DNA of 64,000 nt, from positions 2,691,817-2,755,816 of the forward strand of contig CAVNZM010000013.1 in the NCBI GenBank assembly GCA_963693365.1, in the 5' to 3' direction. The DNA is from Amoebidium appalachense. Lineage: Eukaryota; Protista; Ichthyosporea. The position numbers were made by a program, and so were the translations under genes. A model generated the notes under the pieces. It made no database searches. It worked only from the letters and a program-made list of their open reading frames with translations, and had not been told where the DNA came from. Below, piece by piece: positions 63,079-64,000 of this stretch; positions within the stretch are counted from its first letter, which is position 1; every line of letters begins with the position of its first letter.

Positions 63079-64000
63079 TTATTTTTCCAAACCCCGCTTG
63101 ACCTCCGATTTGCTTAATTCGAGCAATGCCATTAATTGAGATTTTACAACATTGAACCTGTTACCCTTACCCGATTTTCCAAGAAAACTACTTCCGGTAG
63201 AAATCGTCCCACACATATTCTCGAATTTCACAGGGTCTATCCATTGAACATATTCCTTTAACTGCTCCTTCTGTACATTCGGCCTATAGAACCCCTGAAA
63301 ACTTTTATCTGTGCAAGTCAAAACTGGAAAGGTAGTGGAAGTCTGCCTTGCAGGATCTTCCTTGTGAATAAACATAGGTTGCAGTTTTGCGTCATATCTC
63401 AGATCACTAGCCACACCATCAGGACACCACCAATGCACCCAAAAAGTTCTATCAGCCGGTAGGGCCTCTGGATTTTCAATATGAATTACTTTCGCCACAC
63501 AAAATTCCCCCAAGTAGTCTGATCCGGGAGTATTCTGTGCGTCGTCCCAAGTGTGCACCAACACAAAATCATTTTCATTGGGAGCACCCGGGTTTGTAAA
63601 TTTTACGATTTGGCGCCTTTCCCTCCTACCGTCAGCCCCAATGCACGGTATGTCGCAGTCATCTCCATCTCTGTTGTTCGGATCTTCAAGTTCGTCCGGG
63701 ATGGCCGGAAGACCTGGAGGGGGCGGTCGCGGGTATGATCGATTGGATGTCAAATCGCTAACCAGCCGAAAGGGAAACGTAATGACATTTTCGAATGCCG
63801 GCGCAGGTTGCGTGAACTCGCCTGTCACTGTATCATATCCGGCACTCTGCGCTTGCTCCTTCCACCACTCCAGGTGCTCTCCATCAGGGTCCAAAAATAC
63901 ATTGTCCTTAGCCAATCGCTCAAGCATACTTCCAAGTGTGCCCCATTGTTCGCGTAGCCAAATCGGAAAAGGCTGAATAGACGACCCTTGGTTCACCTTG
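63079..64000 (-). CDS. 3' part of an uncharacterised intronless ORF running off the window
   Basis: At least 305 codons of complex sequence; NDFVLVH..EFCVAKVIHIE..FWVHWW suggests a BAH/Tudor-like beta barrel. Confidence 0.6.
   Translation of the reverse strand, partial: KVNQGSSIQPFPIWLREQWGTLGSMLERLAKDNVFLDPDGEHLEWWKEQAQSAGYDTVTGEFTQPAPAFENVITFPFRLVSDLTSNRSYPRPPPPGLPAIPDELEDPNNRDGDDCDIPCIGADGRRERRQIVKFTNPGAPNENDFVLVHTWDDAQNTPGSDYLGEFCVAKVIHIENPEALPADRTFWVHWWCPDGVASDLRYDAKLQPMFIHKEDPARQTSTTFPVLTCTDKSFQGFYRPNVQKEQLKEYVQWIDPVKFENMCGTISTGSSFLGKSGKGNRFNVVKSQLMALLELSKSEVKRGLEK

Overview
Eukaryotic genomic DNA, intron-rich and saturated with (CA)n/(GT)n, (GA)n and long poly-C/G tracts, so most ORF-track entries are low-complexity noise. 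Manual GT-AG splicing recovers four multi-exon genes: a small secreted, probably GPI-anchored Cys/Thr-rich protein (+, 1272-3667), an RBM42-like RRM protein (-, 5653-15805), a NOPCHAP1/C12orf45-like protein (-, 17621-24056) and a PH-START-DUF1336 EDR2-like lipid-transfer protein (+, 25422-36192). 36.8-57.2 kb is a nested transposon cluster with two Ngaro-type tyrosine-recombinase (DIRS-order) retrotransposons with split direct repeats. Copy 1 is interrupted by a 9-kb TIR element, which holds a 182-bp satellite, which holds a solo A-B repeat of the same retrotransposon. The most striking observation is that the pol and recombinase ORFs have no usable ATG, but each is preceded by a CTAAC branch point and a CAG acceptor in phase with one conserved donor inside gag. 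This suggests one gag leader alternatively spliced to Pol or YR. The right end carries a disrupted, apparently intronless Phactr/Bni4-like PP1-binding gene and a truncated unknown ORF. The organism cannot be identified; a unicellular opisthokont is a plausible guess only. All family assignments are from remembered motifs, not searches.
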